DNA of 64,000 nt from Okamejei kenojei (taxonomy: Eukaryota), in contig CM069132.1 in NCBI GenBank assembly GCA_035221665.1, forward strand, positions 144,274,001 to 144,338,000, written 5' to 3'. How positions within the stretch are numbered: the stretch's first letter is position 1; the number at the start of each line of letters is the position of its first letter. Shown here piece by piece: positions 62,242 to 64,000 of the stretch. The position numbers were made by a program, and so were the translations under genes. Below the pieces are notes generated by a model that was given only the letters and a program-made list of their open reading frames with translations, searched no databases and was not told the origin of the DNA.

Positions 62242-62915
62242 GATCGTTTCGCTGAACACCTTCGCTCCATCTGCCTGGACCTACCTGATCTCTAGGTTGC
62301 CAAACATTTTAATTCCCCTTCCCATTCCCACACTGACCTTTCTGTCTGAGGCCTCTTCCATTGTCAGAGTGAGACCAAATGCAAATTGGAGGAACAGCAT
62401 CTCCTATTTTGCTTGGGCAGCTTACAGCCCAGGGGTATGATTATTGAAGGTAGATACAAAATGCTGGAGTAACTATGGTATGATTATTGATTTCTCTAAC
62501 TTCAAATACCCTTGCACTCCCTCTCTCTCCATCCCTCCCCAACCCAAGTCATATCAGCTTCAAAGTTGTCTTGGGTACACAAAAAGCTGGAGAAACTCAG
62601 CGGGTGCAGCAGCATCTAAGGAGCGAAGGAGATAGGCGACGTTTCGAGTCGAGACCCTTTGTTGAGTCTCATTGTCTGTACTCGTTCTCACCTAGGCCAC
62701 AGCTAACAATGGCCTGTTTCCTTTATCATCATTACCTTTTTTGCATATCTCTGTCATTTGTTCTATATCTCTCTACAAAGCCATCAATATCTATTGTCCC
62801 CCTCTCCCCTGACTCTGTCTGAAGGAGGGTCTAGACCCAAAAAGTCACCTACTCCTTCTCTCCAGAGATGCTGTCTGACCCGCTGAGTTGCTCCAGCTTT
62901 TTGTGTCTATCTTGG
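62242..62915 (+). mobile_element. Penelope-like retroelement 3' end: GIY-YIG C-terminus pseudo-ORF, 3' UTR, degenerate hammerhead, and two inverted self-inserts
   Basis: 62242-62447 translates DRFAEHLRSICLDLPDL*VAKHFNSPSHSHTDLSV*GLFHCQSETKCKLEEQHLLFCLGSLQPRGMII. Core remnant ctgaaggagggtctagacccaaaaagtcacc at 62819-62849, then the family arm. Confidence 0.85.
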
Positions 62916-64000
62916 ATTTTCCATCGACACGGTTTTCAGAGAAAGATTACAGGTTTGTGTCTGTGTTGATTCCTGAATTCAACTGTAGTCTGGTGAGGAA
63001 ACGTAGAGGGAGATACTTGCCTACTGGTAGTCTAGCAAGGATCATGCCAATATTCTCTTTGGGTGCTGATGCATATAAGCAACAAACAAGTAATATGAGG
63101 GTTATGGGCATCCAGCGTCTGATTTAGTTTCTTCCTAGCCAAGATGGTTGACAATGTATTGGTTGGTGTGCGAAAATTTCACTCTTTGTAAGTAATAGAT
63201 TTCATGGCATTCTTGTGATGATTGTTATTTGGAATGGAAGGCCTATTCGTGAGAGATGTTTTTAAGATCAGAGCTTCTGCTGTGAGTGTCGTGAATCCTG
63301 ATATGTCAGCTTCAACTGTACCAGCATCCGCAATATTTGTGAATTAACCTCCTTTAATGATTAGAGTGCACCAATATTTTCAGAAATGTAATACTTTTTA
63401 ATATATCTAAAAATAATTATCAGCATAAGTGAACCATGATAATATGGATGTAAATGCTTGTGCCAAAACAATTCCTTGAGCTCTGCAGATTGAACGCTCA
63501 GATGGCTGCATTACCAGTTTGAGCTCATTTTGTTTGATAAACAGTGTTGTGCCTCCCCCAACAAGCGACATGTGTTTAAAGGCTTCGTTTTCTGCAGTCA
63601 TTTAAATTTGATTAAAATGTGCCGTTAGTTGGAGGAAAAGGTCAACACAGATCTGGAAATGTTAATGTGCTTTTAAAATGATTGCAGATATCTGAAAATA
63701 TAATATTTTCCTGAACTGATTTGATTATGTTCAGTCAAATGGTTGTGTATTAAATTTACAATTTTGCAGTTGGAGAAATTTTGTTTGTCTGAAAACCAGG
63801 GCAAAAACATGAAGAAGTGAAGAGCACAGATTAATTTATTTTCCTACGGTTCATTGAAATCCCTAATTCTTATTTTGAAGGTTTAAAAACAATTCTTGTA
63901 CCTGAGCCAAGGTGTTCACCCTTTAGGGCAGATAATTTCCAAAGTGAATGGGTTACGGAAACTACGCAATGTATTCAGTTCTTTAGTTCTGCTTTGCTAT

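Noticed and set aside
5584-62849. Sense-strand bias of hammerhead cores suggesting host selection
   Set aside because: Minus-strand remnants also occur (about 9710, 31808, 32820-33196 and 43280), the elements are partly palindromic, and the numbers are too small.

Overview
Eukaryotic (vertebrate) genomic DNA, most likely a cartilaginous fish such as a skate or ray (inferred from the repeat families). The window lies inside one + strand gene, STT3B (catalytic subunit of oligosaccharyltransferase B). Eight internal coding exons (probably exons 2-9, 1013 bp in total) have canonical AG/GT boundaries and splice into one continuous frame; exon 1 and the 3' exons lie outside the window. The introns are dense with transposon debris: many 5'-truncated CR1-clade LINEs (including a very young near-identical subfamily), Rex1/Babar-type LINE pieces, tRNA-derived HE1/V-SINE-like SINEs, Penelope-like element remnants, a 401-bp non-autonomous Helitron and a TA-flanked Tc1/mariner-superfamily TIR element. 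The most interesting signal is a family of short, self-complementary, Penelope-derived inserts with 9-16 bp target-site duplications. They carry minimal hammerhead-ribozyme cores (CUGAAGA-stem II-GAAACGUH), including an intact tandem pair at 57519-57584 on the sense strand of the STT3B pre-mRNA. Almost all ORFs in the supplied track are LINE fragments or spurious. Repeat boundaries are approximate unless a TSD or terminal motif is quoted; no searches or folding programs were run.
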